A DNA stretch of 64,000 nt, taken from assembly GCA_040954595.2 (NCBI GenBank), contig CM082582.2:3890303-3954302 (forward strand), written 5' to 3'. Below, in pieces: positions 14,859-27,959 of this stretch; positions within the stretch are counted from its first letter, which is position 1; each line of letters begins with the position of its first letter. Source of the DNA: Balanoglossus misakiensis. Lineage: Eukaryota; Animalia; Hemichordata. Below the pieces are notes generated by a model. The model was not told where the DNA came from, did not search any database, and worked only from the letters and a program-made list of their open reading frames with translations. A program made the position numbers and the translations under genes.

Positions 14859-15864
14859 CGTGTGCCGGATCGTTCGCGTTCGGACAATCACGTTTCTGAT
14901 TTGAAGCGCCGTGGTGAAAACAAAAGATTTTTCGAGGGAAAGTGTGGGTGGGCGCTGTGTAAAACATGGCAACCCGAGCACTCCGTCAAACTTTTTAAGT
15001 TGAGTGACTTTTCCCTTCAACATAATAAAAAGAAACTGGGCGTTTGTAAACATTATGCAACCATTCGCAAAAGATTACATAATCACGTGTGAGTGACACA
15101 TCAAAAACGATTTTTTTGTTTTAAAACCTTAAAAGTTTTGAACCTTTTCTTGGAAAAAAAACTTTCACAGGTTACCAGGTGGTCAAGCTGCAATGTTCAA
15201 AATTCTGAGAAATGTCCAATAAAGTCTCTTAAAGTGTCTTGATGGAGCCTGGCAGCGGTAAACAAGACATTTTCTAACCAGAAAACATTTTACTGGGAAA
15301 AGTTATATAGGAAACTATGTAGGTTATGTGAACTGAGAATGCAAGAGGATGTACATGTAAGTTGTGAGATCTGTGTTGAATAGTGATTTGTATTGCTGGG
15401 GAACTGTGTTGGTGCGTTGAATCTCTTCCAGTTATATACACAGCAGTATTTTATTGAGATCGGTGCATCATACCGGTATTAGTGTTGATATATATGTGCA
15501 CTTGGCAAATTATCCAATTGAGATGTCATTAAAATTGCTGTAAAGAGTAACAAATATTTGTACCGATTGGTCACACTCATCCTTTCTGTCTACACCATGC
15601 ATGCCTTTTAATTTGTCTAGAATGGAAACAGCAGACATTTTATGTATATTGAAAAAAATGCTTTCTTCTATGCATCTCACTGTTTTCATTGTAACAGAGA
15701 ATGTTTCAAGCAGTCAGTCAATATATATGACATATCTAGACAGAGAGAGACAGACAAAGAGATCTCATTATGAAACTGGTGATATTCAGTACTTGGGTGT
15801 TTATTTCACAACCAGCACATGAAATTCCACATCAACCAAACTATAGATACAAATTGTTCAGTTT

Positions 15865-18271
15865 TCACTTGGCTTTGGCAGCTTCTTTCTTCAGTACGTT
15901 CACCTGGGTCCTGATGATTCTGCCTCTCTGTTAGGAAAAATAAAACACAGTAATGGATTTATATCGCTAAGCAACAGTTGCTAAGGGTATTTCTTAAATC
16001 AATAAAAAAATTGGAGCCTTACACTCCATGTTAAACTTCTGCCCACATGTCACATTCTATTTTATGACACAAATTGGGTTTAATGGTAATGTTGAATTAG
16101 TGACTGGGAATTTAACACCAACAACCCACACATTTATTTGTTTCAATATGCCAGTCATAGAGGTCAAAAACAAAGTAATCAGAACACATGATAAGCACTT
16201 ACAGCTTGTTTGGCTCTCATAAGCTTGAAACGATCAAAGTCTGTCAGCCGTGCCCTCTGTAAAAATAAGAATGTTGAATATAATGAAAGAAATCCGTGAC
16301 CTCACATGTTTGTTGACAGACATACACACTGTCCCAGGCTATATCAAAAGCTACCATTTGTATATTTCGTAAATAAGAGCTAAGGATTGGGGAAAAATAC
16401 TGCTGCATGATTACCATAACTTCTAATGTATAAAACCGAAAAATTTTCTACATCTCTAGAGCAACATATTAGCCCTGTAGTGATTCAATTTCAAATAAAC
16501 CATACAAAGTGAAACTGTACTAAATTCAAAGTGTCCATAACAGTTTACAAACCTTCTTTTTCACTTCAAGTTTCTTTGCCCAATTGGTTTCTTGCCACAG
16601 TTTGGTGATTTCATTTTTTTCCCACTGTTTTCTGACTGTCTTCGTACCAGAAGTGTGAGTGAGTTTGAGCTTGAACTTGGTCAGGTGAAGTCTTTTTAAA
16701 TTGACTGCTTGGCGTAAAACATTGCTACATGGTCCATCCACCAAGACCTGGAACAGAAAACAACTCTTTACAAATTTGATCAGCATAACTTTAACCCTAA
16801 TGCTGCCAAGTCAGTTGAAATTGGTTTGATTTCCAGGGTGCCTAGAGTCCTGGCTCCCAGGCCCGTTAGACTGCCAAGTGTGTGTTATTCAGTAGGGCCT
16901 ATACAAGACCCTGAGACCAATACAGTGCAAACCAGTGCGATTTGGTACATTTTACAGGGGGCTCAGACTGCAATGTATGTCTAAGTATGTATAAGAGCCA
17001 TGTCAAGACAGTCAAAATATGTTTTAGAAGAAAAAGTGGCAAATACGTACTTTATGGGACTTGAAACTCTAAACAGATATGACACCCAGCAGCATTGGGG
17101 TTAATATACACCAGTGCAATACTACAAACAAGTACAGGGTGGCACATAATACAGTGTAGAGTAGCATTTTTGTCATGCACTACCACCAGTATCTACAAGT
17201 CAGTTAAAAGGGGATTAATTTCCAGAAGGCCTAAACAATTTGCAATAATATTATATAGAATAGCTTCTTGAACACTATGAATTTGTTCAACTCTTTCACT
17301 GCCAACACTTGGTGTAATCACATCATTTGGAACTTACAGTAACTTTTACTGATCCTACAGTTTCTTTGCCTCTTAAGCGACATTTCAATACTTACCCTAC
17401 TTTGATCAACAACATCAATGATGACACACAACTTCCCTGCGTCTTTTCCATGAGCAATGAAAGCCACACGGCCAACTTCAACAAAGCGCTTGAAAACCTG
17501 CAGAAAATTATAAATATTCAATATCTCAGTAGTGCACTTTAGTACTAGTACATTTGTTGGAATTTTAAATCTAAGACTTGTTTACAAGGAATCAATAATA
17601 ATCCATAATGGCCTGAGTGCCTGCAACTCAGAGTTTGTGTGCATTTTTGCAAAGTGTACCACATATTGGTTGGCACCGCAGGGTCGCTCTGAACTTTGGG
17701 AACAGTGGTGTTTTTTACACAAAGATGCACATGCAGTTCAGACGACCCTCCCCCTTTAATTTGAATGCCTTTACAAAAACTTGTCAGTCCATCTTTAGGT
17801 TAGGGCCATTACATCTGTTGCACACAAATGCATACTGACTATTGCACATTGAATACATCTCCCGATTGGGAGAATTCTTCAAAATCTTATGTCCTGATCG
17901 GCCATGACTGGCTTACAATAAATAGGCAATTTTCAACATGTCCACTAGTGGGAGAGAAGATCTCCCAATCAAGAGAACGTCACTGAGTTTTGAACAGTGA
18001 CACTGACTTTGTCAATTTCCATACATCTCTCGTCGATAGATCCGCCATATTGGATCTTGAATAGTGTGACACTGTGGTCTCACACAGTACTCGGTAAAAG
18101 TATTTGCACAAATTACGCACTTCTGGTACCCCATGATGGACATATATCATATTTAATAGCAAGGGGACATTTCAAATTACACCGATGTCATCAAAATAAG
18201 CGAAACAGTTGTACGTTGCGATACATTTTGCGTTTATTTCTCAACCTCTTCCACGTGCCACTTACCACCAT
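15865..18271 (-). CDS. RPL14: 60S ribosomal protein L14 (eL14), 5 coding exons, ~139 aa
   Basis: Exons (minus) 18271-18266 (MV), 17497-17396 (VFKRFVEVGRVAFIAHGKDAGKLCVIIDVVDQSR), 16747-16553 (VLVDGPCSNVLRQ..WAKKLEVKKK), 16256-16203 (RARLTDFDRFKLMRAKQA), 15927-15865 (RGRIIRTQVNVLKKEAAKAK*). All GT-AG, phase 0. Minus-strand AATAAA at 15800-15805. Confidence 0.96.
16791..17104. mobile_element. piggyBac-type MITE in RPL14 intron 2
   Basis: TTAA|CCCTAATGCTGC ... GCAGCATTGGGG|TTAA: TTAA TSD, CCC/GGG termini, 11/12 TIR match. Confidence 0.7.
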
Positions 18272-18500
18272 GTTTGCGGCGGAATGAAAGAGGGCGATTA
18301 TTGACCACGTGACTGCAAGACGCCGCCAACGTTGACTATTTCAGGTCAAAGTTCAACCAATTTTATCAACAAGTACACATGCAGTCATCAGCTGACTGTG
18401 CATTGGGTATTTCCTGATTGCCACTTCTCTGCTTCTTCCACCTTCAGATTGACTTCAATATAGATGATTAGTGATGTTAATACCTCAGTAAAATACTAGT
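18272..18500. promoter_or_regulatory. Bidirectional RPL14/LDHD promoter with TCT/5'TOP initiator
   Basis: 229 bp between divergent ATGs. Minus strand CCCTCTTTCATTCC (18294-18281) is a ribosomal-protein TCT/TOP start. E-box CACGTGAC at 18306-18313. Locally CpG-rich. Confidence 0.75.
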
Positions 18501-21500
18501 ATGTTCCTGTGCCAGCTTCTTAGATCATCTCGCGGATGTAGTGCCAGAAGGGCTACTGCATCTATCTTCGTGAAGAGGGGGATTTCCTCTGAAGAAAATC
18601 AGGTACTACAGATTACTCTTTATAAAATATAATATTAATTTATATACATGCTACTTATATTTTAATTTGAAAGGTATTTTATAAGGGGGGAAACCATTTG
18701 ATTATTTTGCCAGTCCTTTTTGTATCAAGGCGTTGCAGAAGAACTGTTTTTCTATGTACCATTTGCCAACCCCTCCCATCCTCCACCCCCAAGATGTCAA
18801 ATGCCACCCCACCCCCAACAACAGGACAGTTCATGGCACCTTGTCAGTGGCTTTAGTGATGAACATTATTTAACCATTCACCCTCACTTCCCATTTACTG
18901 TATGATATGCAACGTGAATTGTGTATGAACCCAACAACTGTCATCAGAGAGAGGTAACATTATTTATAATTGCAGGTGCCTCTGAGCATAGCTAGTGATG
19001 TCATAGATTCCTTCAGGTCCTTGCTTGGCAAAAGTAACATATCAACAGCATTAGCAGTTAGAGAACATCATGGTCGGGATGAATCATGGCACAAGTAAGA
19101 ATCACATTTTGTTGGAATTGGAAAAAAAAAGAGATTTATGAATTCTAATTCTAACTTTGATGAATTTTGAAGTTGTTTGAAGTTGCATATACATGTAACT
19201 GTTAAAGCTCCTATAGCATATAATGCAAAAAGTGGCAGCTCTAGAGGCTTTAAACTGACACAGTGTCCTCCTTATTCCCTTGAAACCTCCAGGCCCTGTG
19301 ATGCCTGCCTCGATTTCCGTGATGCTTGTTCAATGGCGGCCAATGGCCGTGACACTTCTCATCTTTTACAGACACCCTTGACATTCAGCGACACAAATGA
19401 ATTTGTCGCATTTTATTTTGGTTTCAGGTGTACCCCACCAGATGTTGTGGTGTGGCCGCAATCTACCGAACAAGTCAGCCAGGTTGCTAAGATGTGCACA
19501 CAGCTGGGCCTACCCATGGTGCCGTTTGGTTCGGGAACGGGGTTAGAAGGAGGAGCTACTGGGATTAAGGTATATTCATCTGATGCTGCAAAGTGAATTC
19601 CTCAGTGCAAATTTGGTTTTCATCTCTGTGATAGTTCTGTCAATATCCACAGAAACGGTGATCAGAGATGCTTAAAATACTACACCAGTATGATAATAGT
19701 GATACAAAGCCATCTAAATCAGAAAGTTAAAAGAGGGCAAGTTTAAAAAGTTGTGATAAGCTGAAATTATCACAATGGCAAATTATATTTGTAGGAGCGA
19801 ACCACAGAATAATCTGCAATACATATGTGATAAATACCGGTATGCAACTTACTCGTACCCATACTTCATCAGCAGACTGATTTTACATTACTGATTCCCA
19901 TTTTACATACATGTATGGTAACAAACACTGGACAGTGTAATTTGTTAGATAGTGATATCTGAATTTCGTGACAAGGGGACACAATTATGTGCTCTGATAT
20001 AAATATATTCTACTGATTGTGGTAAGTAATTGAAAGTGCATTTTCATGCAGAATTTTGAAAATGTTTGTTTTTGGTGTGTATACAATGTATCTATGGAAA
20101 TCAAACAAACATACATGTAGATGTGACTTTTGTCCATTTTTTTTGCATGACAGGGCAGTGTCTGCATTGATCTGACAAAGATGGACCAGGTTGTTGAACT
20201 CAATGCGGAAGATTTTGATGTTACAGTAGAACCTGGTATTACTCGACATTTCCTAAACAACTATCTGAGAGATACAGGGCTGTGGTTTCCTGTGGGTGAG
20301 TCATTTTAGGAAAACTTTGTAGAAAATTAAAGTGATATTTGATATTTCAATTTATTGTTAATTATAGCTGAGCAGTCAACAATATCAATGGCCATTACAC
20401 ACACTGGCTATGTTGACAAGCAGGGTATATTAGAATGCTACTTGGAGTAAAAGAAATTGCGCTTGGTACACAGAACAAAATTGCTGAAAATAAAACCAAA
20501 AGTTACAGCTAATGTCCCTTTAAACTTGAGATGTCGTTATTGGTAATTGTTCTCCACTCGCTGTGTCATAGATCCTGGAGCGGATGCCAGTGTGTGTGGA
20601 ATGTGTGCAACCAGTGCTTCCGGTACAAATGCTGTACGATACGGAACAATGAGAGAGAATGTCTTGAACTTGGAAGTTGTCTTGGCTGATGGGACAGTTA
20701 TTCATACAACGGGCAAAGGTAAAAGGTCAAGGTGAGAAACATGTAGTTGCCAAAATAGTGTTAACCATGGTCACTCTATACTGAGGATTGAGGTCTTTGT
20801 CACCTGTGATGTATGAACAGCTAATAGGTCACTGTCAGCAAAGGTCTAAATCTATGTGGTGGTGGGGGGGGGTGGGTGGGGGGGGGGGTGGGGGGGTTCA
20901 AGGCTGGTGTTCCAACCAGACCAGCAAAAGCAACTCAGTGTAGAGTGTCACTAACTCAAACACTGACCTGAACAGCAGCTGTCTTGTTTTGGCCAGCTCT
21001 GTGGTTGACCTTTCAAGTGTCATTATTTCACGATGACCTGTACTTGACCTATCAGCCTTTCACGATGACTGGGCAGAGAGCAGTGTCACATTTACACATT
21101 GGACGACCAGAGAAATGTGACCCTCATTTTCAATTTAGAAGGACGATGTGATCAAAAGGCTGGTTTCATTGCATTGATTGCCTGCTTTCCTGCCCAGTTC
21201 CGGCAGTTCTATATAGATTTTCTTGAGGCATACACTTTGGTGCAAGTCCAAATCAATTATGTGCTTCTTCACAGAATGTACTGATACCACAAGGATTTAT
21301 TCAGGGATATGATAGAAACTGGAAAAGTTTGTTGTCGGTCAGCCTTTTTTTCTTCTCCTGCCTTTATCTTACCGATACATTCCCTGTGCTGATACCATAT
21401 ATATTAAACATGACAGTGGAATTTGAGATACAAAAATGCCATGTATCAAAATATATGGTACTCATTTCAAGTGTCATTTTCTTCTTAACAAAATCCAGGA

Positions 21501-24500
21501 AAACGTCAGCCGGATACAATTTAACTAATTTGTTTGTCGGTTCTGAAGGAACTCTGGGTATTATCACCAAGGCAACCATCAGATTGTATGGAATACCAGA
21601 AGCTGTAAGTTTCTCTGGAATTACATGCATTTGCAACTCTTTTTGAATGACTTGGACACAAGTTAAACTTACTTGGAAAGAAATAATATATTGCTTGTCA
21701 ATTTTTGCCTCCCTGAATGAAAACAACTTTATGTGTGTTTTAAGAGTCAACGAGAATGATAAGATTGAAGCCATGTTTTAGTCTTTTAAAAAATAGTTTT
21801 ATTTTTATGATTCCATGATAGTTATTATAATATCACATAATTGAAATACAGTGTTTTCACTGGCATTTATGACTGCACCATGATGTCAGCTGGCATATGA
21901 ATTCTGTGTTCGTTTGTGTGTCTGATTTGCAGACAGTATCAGCTGTGTGTTCATTTGATTCTGTGCAAGAAGCTGTGGATACAACCACACAAGTCATGCA
22001 ATGTGGTATTCCAATGGCTAGAATTGGTAAGATCAGATGAGGATTGTCTTGCAGAAGTATTGAAAAGTCGGTGGGAGAGAGACTTTTGAAAGGATTTTCT
22101 CATCATAAGTGTCTCTTTTAGTTTCAGTCAGCCATTTTCTGTAATCATACACATAGTCACTGACACACACTGATTTTTCGAGACCAATTTTGTTGATCTT
22201 TTGTAGAGAAATATGTTAGATGCTAGCATGTATTTGGTGAGAATGACTTTTACTGGCAAATGAGCTTCAAAGGCACATGTACTCCTAGAAACTCATTTTA
22301 TTACAGCATTTCAAAATTCTCTCTTTATTATTATATTATAAACTTATTTTGGACTCCTGGTCCATATTACAGACAGACTAATTAGGTGAGCGAAAAAATA
22401 AATAAATAACATACACAACTAGGTTACAAAAAGAAGCTTACTCCATAAGCTCAACGTTTCAGAATTAAAATACAGTGTGTCATGCACTTGCCGCACAATT
22501 ACATTTTGGCAGTTCAAAAGTCGTTGACGTTGCTTTAGACCAAAAATTTGCCTTCTAAGCAGGGCATCTCTAGCAAATAGCCAGGCCCATGTTTTCACTC
22601 ATCAAAAATTTCCACAAGGTCAGCTGATTTCCTGCATCTCTTTAATATACAGTCAAACCTGTGTTAACGACCACTCGCCCATAACGACCACTCGCCCATA
22701 ACGACCACCTTCAAACGGTCCCTACGGAGTTTACATGTAAAAGACACTGTATATAGCGACCAACTGTCTAACGCGACCAGCGACCACAGTTTTCATGCAA
22801 TTTTGACATCATGACCTTTGAATTGCGACCACTGGACAGCTTGTCGGCCGATCGCAAGATCAAGCTAGGCCGGAAAATAAAAGGGCGGTCTTTTCAGTGA
22901 TGACTGTTTAAAACTATTGTTCATTCCAATGTTAGTTAATTAGGGGTGTGAACGATGACAAACGCATAGCAATGCTAATTGCTATACCCCCTTGAACATA
23001 GTGGGAAGGTGATAAACACCCGCTATCAACACACACAAACAGATCGGGAGTTCATTTCAGAGAGCGACTATTGTCTAAGTTAGTCATGATACACATGGCC
23101 GATCCATTCATGATTGTCGGGCTTGCCTTTGATTGTGTATCCACGGGTGTAATCACATCCATGTACGTCGATAGAACGCATCGCACGTCGATTGAACGCA
23201 TCGCACGTCGATTGAACGCATCGCGTTGCCGCGACATGTCTACGGAATCGGCACTTGACAGTGCCGGTCAATGCCGAGACCCCCATTCATACCAGTTGAC
23301 AGACATTAAAAACAGCTGAAATTTGAAAGGTTGGCTTCAAAGTTTTATCACGGAACATTAAAATTGCCACTGTATGCATGCACATGCTGCGGAAGCCATT
23401 TTGTTGTTGTCTTGTGATGACGTATGTTGTTGTTCTGTGACGTTATGTTCGGACTGCGCATGAGTGCAGTCCAAACCCTTGCCCCAATTAATATTCATGA
23501 ATAAATGAATACATTAATGAACCTCCTTTTAAAGACCACCTGTCTATAAAGACCACTCAGCCCCAGTCCCTTGACCGGTCTTTATACACAGGTTTGACTG
23601 TAATTACTTTCCCCCAACAGAATTTTTAGATGACGTTATGATCAAAGCGTGCAATACGTACAGCAATACAGACTACAAAGTGACACCGACCTTATTCCTG
23701 GAGTTCCATGGCAGTGAGAAGATGTTACAGGAGCAAGCTCAACTTGTAGGTAGGTTTCACTTTGCAAAATTTCTTGCTTTGGATTTTGGCGCTATGTAAA
23801 CTTTTGTTGATTGATTGATGTATGAATTGGGTTTTTTAAAGCTTTTATCAGAAGCAGCTCTATACATGTATATGTACTTACATGGCTGTACACATCAACT
23901 AGAATTTTTCCTTGTCAGGTAGAGTTCCTTTTCATCTGCAGAAACTAATATTGATAATGATTTCAATGGTTTTTTTTGATGTGTGTAATTATTGTACCTT
24001 GGATTATAGGTGAGATAGCTGCATCAAATGGTGGTTCTGATTTTCTATGGGCATCAGATACAGATGAGAGAAATAAACTGTGGAAAGCCAGACACAATGC
24101 ATGGTATGCTACACTGGCCATGCGTAAAGGTGGCAAGGTAGGATTCAAATTTCTTTAATACGTCATATCATATATTTGTGTGTAACCAGGTTTAGACTTT
24201 TTAGGAGTCGGTTCTGTTTTGTTACAAATTGTTTGTACTAAACAATGAAACTAACGTAGCTCGGCAAGTAAGAAAACAGTGACTAGCTGAAATTCCATGT
24301 ACCGGTAGGTTTTCTCAGCAAAGTCTTGCTAAAACAACAAATGAATTTGTTGTCAAGTTGTCAGAGTTTGTGCATGTACAAGCTTGAGTATGATAGCAAT
24401 GTTATGCTTCAGAGAAGTCTGAAGGAAGTAGACAACTATACTGAGTCATCTCTGGTCAAAAGATTATGATCAACGTGAAAGAAACCAAGCAAATTGTTAC

Positions 24501-26392
24501 TTACAGGGTGTTCTTCAATATCATATCTTATCCTCCTTTTGTAAGACTCAGAATTTAAATAATGAAAACCACAAATTTACATATTAGTTACTTAAACACC
24601 TGTTTACTCCTATAAAAGTGAGTGCATGTGTTTTTGAGTTCTCTTCATTCCAGTTTGCCTCAGTCAGTGCATGCAGCTCACAGACTTGGAAACAAAAGTT
24701 TGGTTCAACTGAAATGCCTTGAGTCCAGTTAGCTAAACTGGGTCAGGTTTGAGACTTTGTGATCACCCTGTCTGTCCACATGTACCATCAAAACTTGTAC
24801 TATTCTAGGAATCTTTAGGCATTTATTGATGCACCGTATTGTTTCAGAAAGTACACAAGCTATCCTACACTCAAATGAACTTGCATACACTCCGCATCAA
24901 TGATTTAATACAGAATCTTTTGGGATATTGTGTTTTGTCGACATGACAGGGAATGTCCACTGATGTTTGTGTTCCGCTCTCCAAACTGCCCGAGGTGATT
25001 GTTGCCACTAAAGAAGACCTCAAAAATTCTACTATTATAGGTATGGAAATAGCCATCTTTGGATTTATATATAGGACACTTCATCTGTGTCATCTATCCA
25101 TGCATCCAAAGCAAATATGCAGACATTCATGCCTGAACTGATTTTGTTCACACTGGGTATAATTTACTTTGGCTATATGTACATCAAATTATTTTGATCC
25201 AATGTGATTCTTTGGCAGCAATTTCTTTTAATGTCTGGAGCCATTACTCAGACATACCACACAGACAATAGTTAACAAGAAGGATGAAGTTTTCCATTGT
25301 GTCTTTATGTAAACGGTATTTAATATTCAAATGGAAAATTGTGAAGAGGGTAATATTGCCTCTCTACAGTAATCATCAATCAGGACACGGCAGTCACCCT
25401 GGTCCATAGAGGGCCTGTGCAGAAGTTTTATGTTGAAGTTTTGCGTGTGTGGTAGATACTAGTATTCCAGTTGAAATTCCACAATCGAACATACACTCAC
25501 ATACATGTATACTGGTACATACAGTGGAGTGAATTCCATGTCTGTTTACCCTTTCAACCCAGGCCCCATAGTTGGACATGTTGGTGATGGAAACTTCCAT
25601 GTGTTCATGAATATTGATGTAGACAATGAAGATGAATTTAAAGAAGCCAAAAGATTGGCAGAGAAAATGGCCAGGTACTATTCATTTTAACTTTTTTTCC
25701 TTGAAAATACAAACATTTCTTGGCTCAAGTTGGATATCTTGTTAGAATCTGCATATTTCATTGTCCGCGCCACATCAAAATTAAAACAAAAATCTTGTAC
25801 CATGTCGATTAAATTCTCATCAATGTGTTGTTTTGTGCGCTGCATTGGTGACATGATTCATGAGCATTTCTCGAATAAATAAAGTAAGATTGGTTTCCGA
25901 CGGATTTTTCCCAGGGTCCTGCACACCAAATATTAACAAAATACTCTTGTAACAGTCACACCACTGTAAAACATGTTTGTTAGTTACCACGTTAACTTAA
26001 GATGCTACTTGTCTGTATATTTACTGTGGTTAAGATACCTCTATAGCTAAATTTTACTCAAAATCCAAATTCAATAAAAATGTCCAGATAAAGTTCCAAG
26101 GATTCACGAATCGGGTTTCTACCATCTTCCATCATTTTGTATTGTAATATCTAATTTTTATCATTAATGTGTCTTTTTATAAAGATCCCCCCCCCCTTTT
26201 TTTAACTCTTTATTTTGCGTTAGACGTGCCATGGCAGTTGGTGGGACGTGTACAGGTGAACATGGTATCGGTCTTGGCAAGAAACAACTTTTAATTGAAG
26301 AAATTGGAGAGTCTGGAGTATCAACCATGAAATTACTGAAATCAACTTTGGACCCGCAAGGCTTGTTGAATCCTGGCAAAGTTTTCATGTAA
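18501..26392 (+). CDS. LDHD: Mitochondrial D-lactate dehydrogenase (FAD-linked oxidase), 12 coding exons, ~497 aa
   Basis: Exons 18501-18602, 18976-19094, 19428-19569, 20154-20295, 20572-20731, 21499-21604, 21933-22026, 23621-23749, 24010-24137, 24950-25040, 25563-25674, 26224-26392; all GT-AG, total 1494 nt. Motifs [82 protein letters not shown]. Arg/Ser-rich N-terminal presequence. AATAAA at 26927-26932. Confidence 0.96.
20856..20896 (+). repeat. G-rich tract with G-quadruplex potential in LDHD intron 5
   Basis: At least four runs of 3 or more G separated by single T. Confidence 0.7.
22650..23600. mobile_element. Tc1/mariner-pogo-type non-autonomous element (951 bp) in LDHD intron 7
   Basis: TA|CAGTCAAACCTGTGT ... 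ACACAGGTTTGACTG|TA. Subterminal AACGACCAC/AAGACCAC repeats. Internal 20-bp tandem (GTCGATTGAACGCATCGCAC, ~3 copies) at 23167-23225. No transposase ORF. Confidence 0.85.
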
Positions 26393-27211
26393 TATGACAT
26401 GGAAACAGCAATGATTTTTAGGCTCTTGTTATTATGCAAGAATATGTTGTCTGAGTGACAGAAATGACCAGTTATTAACAAAATCAATAGTAGATTCACA
26501 AATATTACATATCAACCATTACCGTAGTAACTTCCAGTTTCAGTCACAGAGAGACAATTGGGATCAGACTTGATTACCATTACCGGTAACTGCTTTCAAT
26601 CACTGGTAACCAGCAGTAGCTACCAGTGTAGTGTTTATTTTTGTACAATGGTTGCTGGATCATCATGGATAGAAATTTCATCACATATCAAAAACATTAC
26701 TGGTCGATTGTCATGTAATTATCATAAATTACTGTCCTTAAATGTTGTCAGAATAGAACTCTTCTGATAATATGCAGTCCTGTTGAAATTTTCATATTTT
26801 GACTGAGCATTCAAAGCTTTACTCACGGTAGAGAAATTGGCTGTTGATAATTTTGACATGATTTGTATAACATTTACCGATCAACCAGACACTGAAATGA
26901 ACAAAACCTTTTGTAGATACCATATTAATAAAGAAAACATTTTATTCAGCATAATTAATTGTGTTATGACATCACTGAAATTTATAACAGGTTTGCATGG
27001 TCTTCTTTTTACTTTTGTTTCTCAAGGTCTTGACAGCCATAATTTTTGGCTTATACAAGACAGTAGAGTCAATGGACTGTTGACAAGATGCTAAAATGGC
27101 CAAACAATTGTTATGTATACATGCATGCATGCATGCATGCATGTAGAAATGTACACACATACAGGTATAGATGCCCATATGTAGATGATATATATGAACA
27201 TGCATACATAC

Positions 27212-27668
27212 TAGTCTCGGTTACCCAGACGCCTTTGCTCTTCCGATGCTCTCCAGAAAAGGGTCTGGGGAAATGCTATTGAAAGCTTTGTAAAACAAAA
27301 TGGCCGATGTCAGGATTTTGATCATCGCCTGATTGGCTGAGCTGTCAGTATGACCCGGGTCATTGCAATAGTTTCGACAATCGTCTACCAAAGATATTTC
27401 ATATAATTTCTCCAACAATGCTAACAGAGGACGCATTTTGCCTTTCGCATCAACCAACAAGTACCGGTCTCTTGATATGAAGATACGACAAATAATCACA
27501 CATTGTCGAGAGTCAGTGACCCGGGTCATACTGACAGCTCAGCCAATCAGGCGATGATCAAAATCCTGACATCGGCCATTTTGTTTTACAAAGCTTTCAA
27601 TAGCATTTCCCCAGACCCTTTTCTGGAGAGCATCGGAAGAAGCAAAGGCGTCTGGGTAACCGAGACTA
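27212..27668. mobile_element. Foldback non-autonomous DNA transposon with TAG...CTA ends and 10-bp TSD (AcademH-like)
   Basis: Near-perfect ~154-bp inverted arms (27212-27365 and 27514-27668). Direct repeat GCATACATAC at 27202-27211 and 27669-27678, although in low-complexity sequence. Superfamily inferred from termini and TSD length. Confidence 0.85.
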
Positions 27669-27959
27669 GCATACATACATGAATGCATACGTACATAAAA
27701 ACAAAAGACAACTGACTAAAAGAATATGCCCAAAACTAGCGGCCAAGTTGCCCCAATACATGTAATAAACAGATGTGATCGATAGCATATACATATCAAA
27801 CAAACAAAAATACTGAAATGGCAGTTTATGTAGTTCTTTTAACAAATCAAAAACAGGGCACTGTCCCTCTACTGTGATTCAAGTGTAGAGGGCGCCACTT
27901 GATGACAGCCGATGCACACTGCAGTATTAACAGACAAAACCTGTTCCTTTCACATTGTA

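Noticed and set aside
17628-17760. Hairpin in RPL14 intron 1 (GGGTCGCTCTGAACT / AGTTCAGACGACCC) as an intronic snoRNA
   Set aside because: No convincing H/ACA or C/D boxes at the right spacing. The minus strand starts TTAA-AGGGGGAGGG, more like a TTAA-targeting (Kolobok-type) transposon end.
17858-17977. Second imperfect inverted repeat in RPL14 intron 1
   Set aside because: About 22-bp imperfect arms with no TSD or snoRNA boxes; cannot be assigned.
22660-23225. Short repeats resembling a CRISPR array
   Set aside because: Tandem units without unique spacers, inside a eukaryotic MITE; no cas genes.
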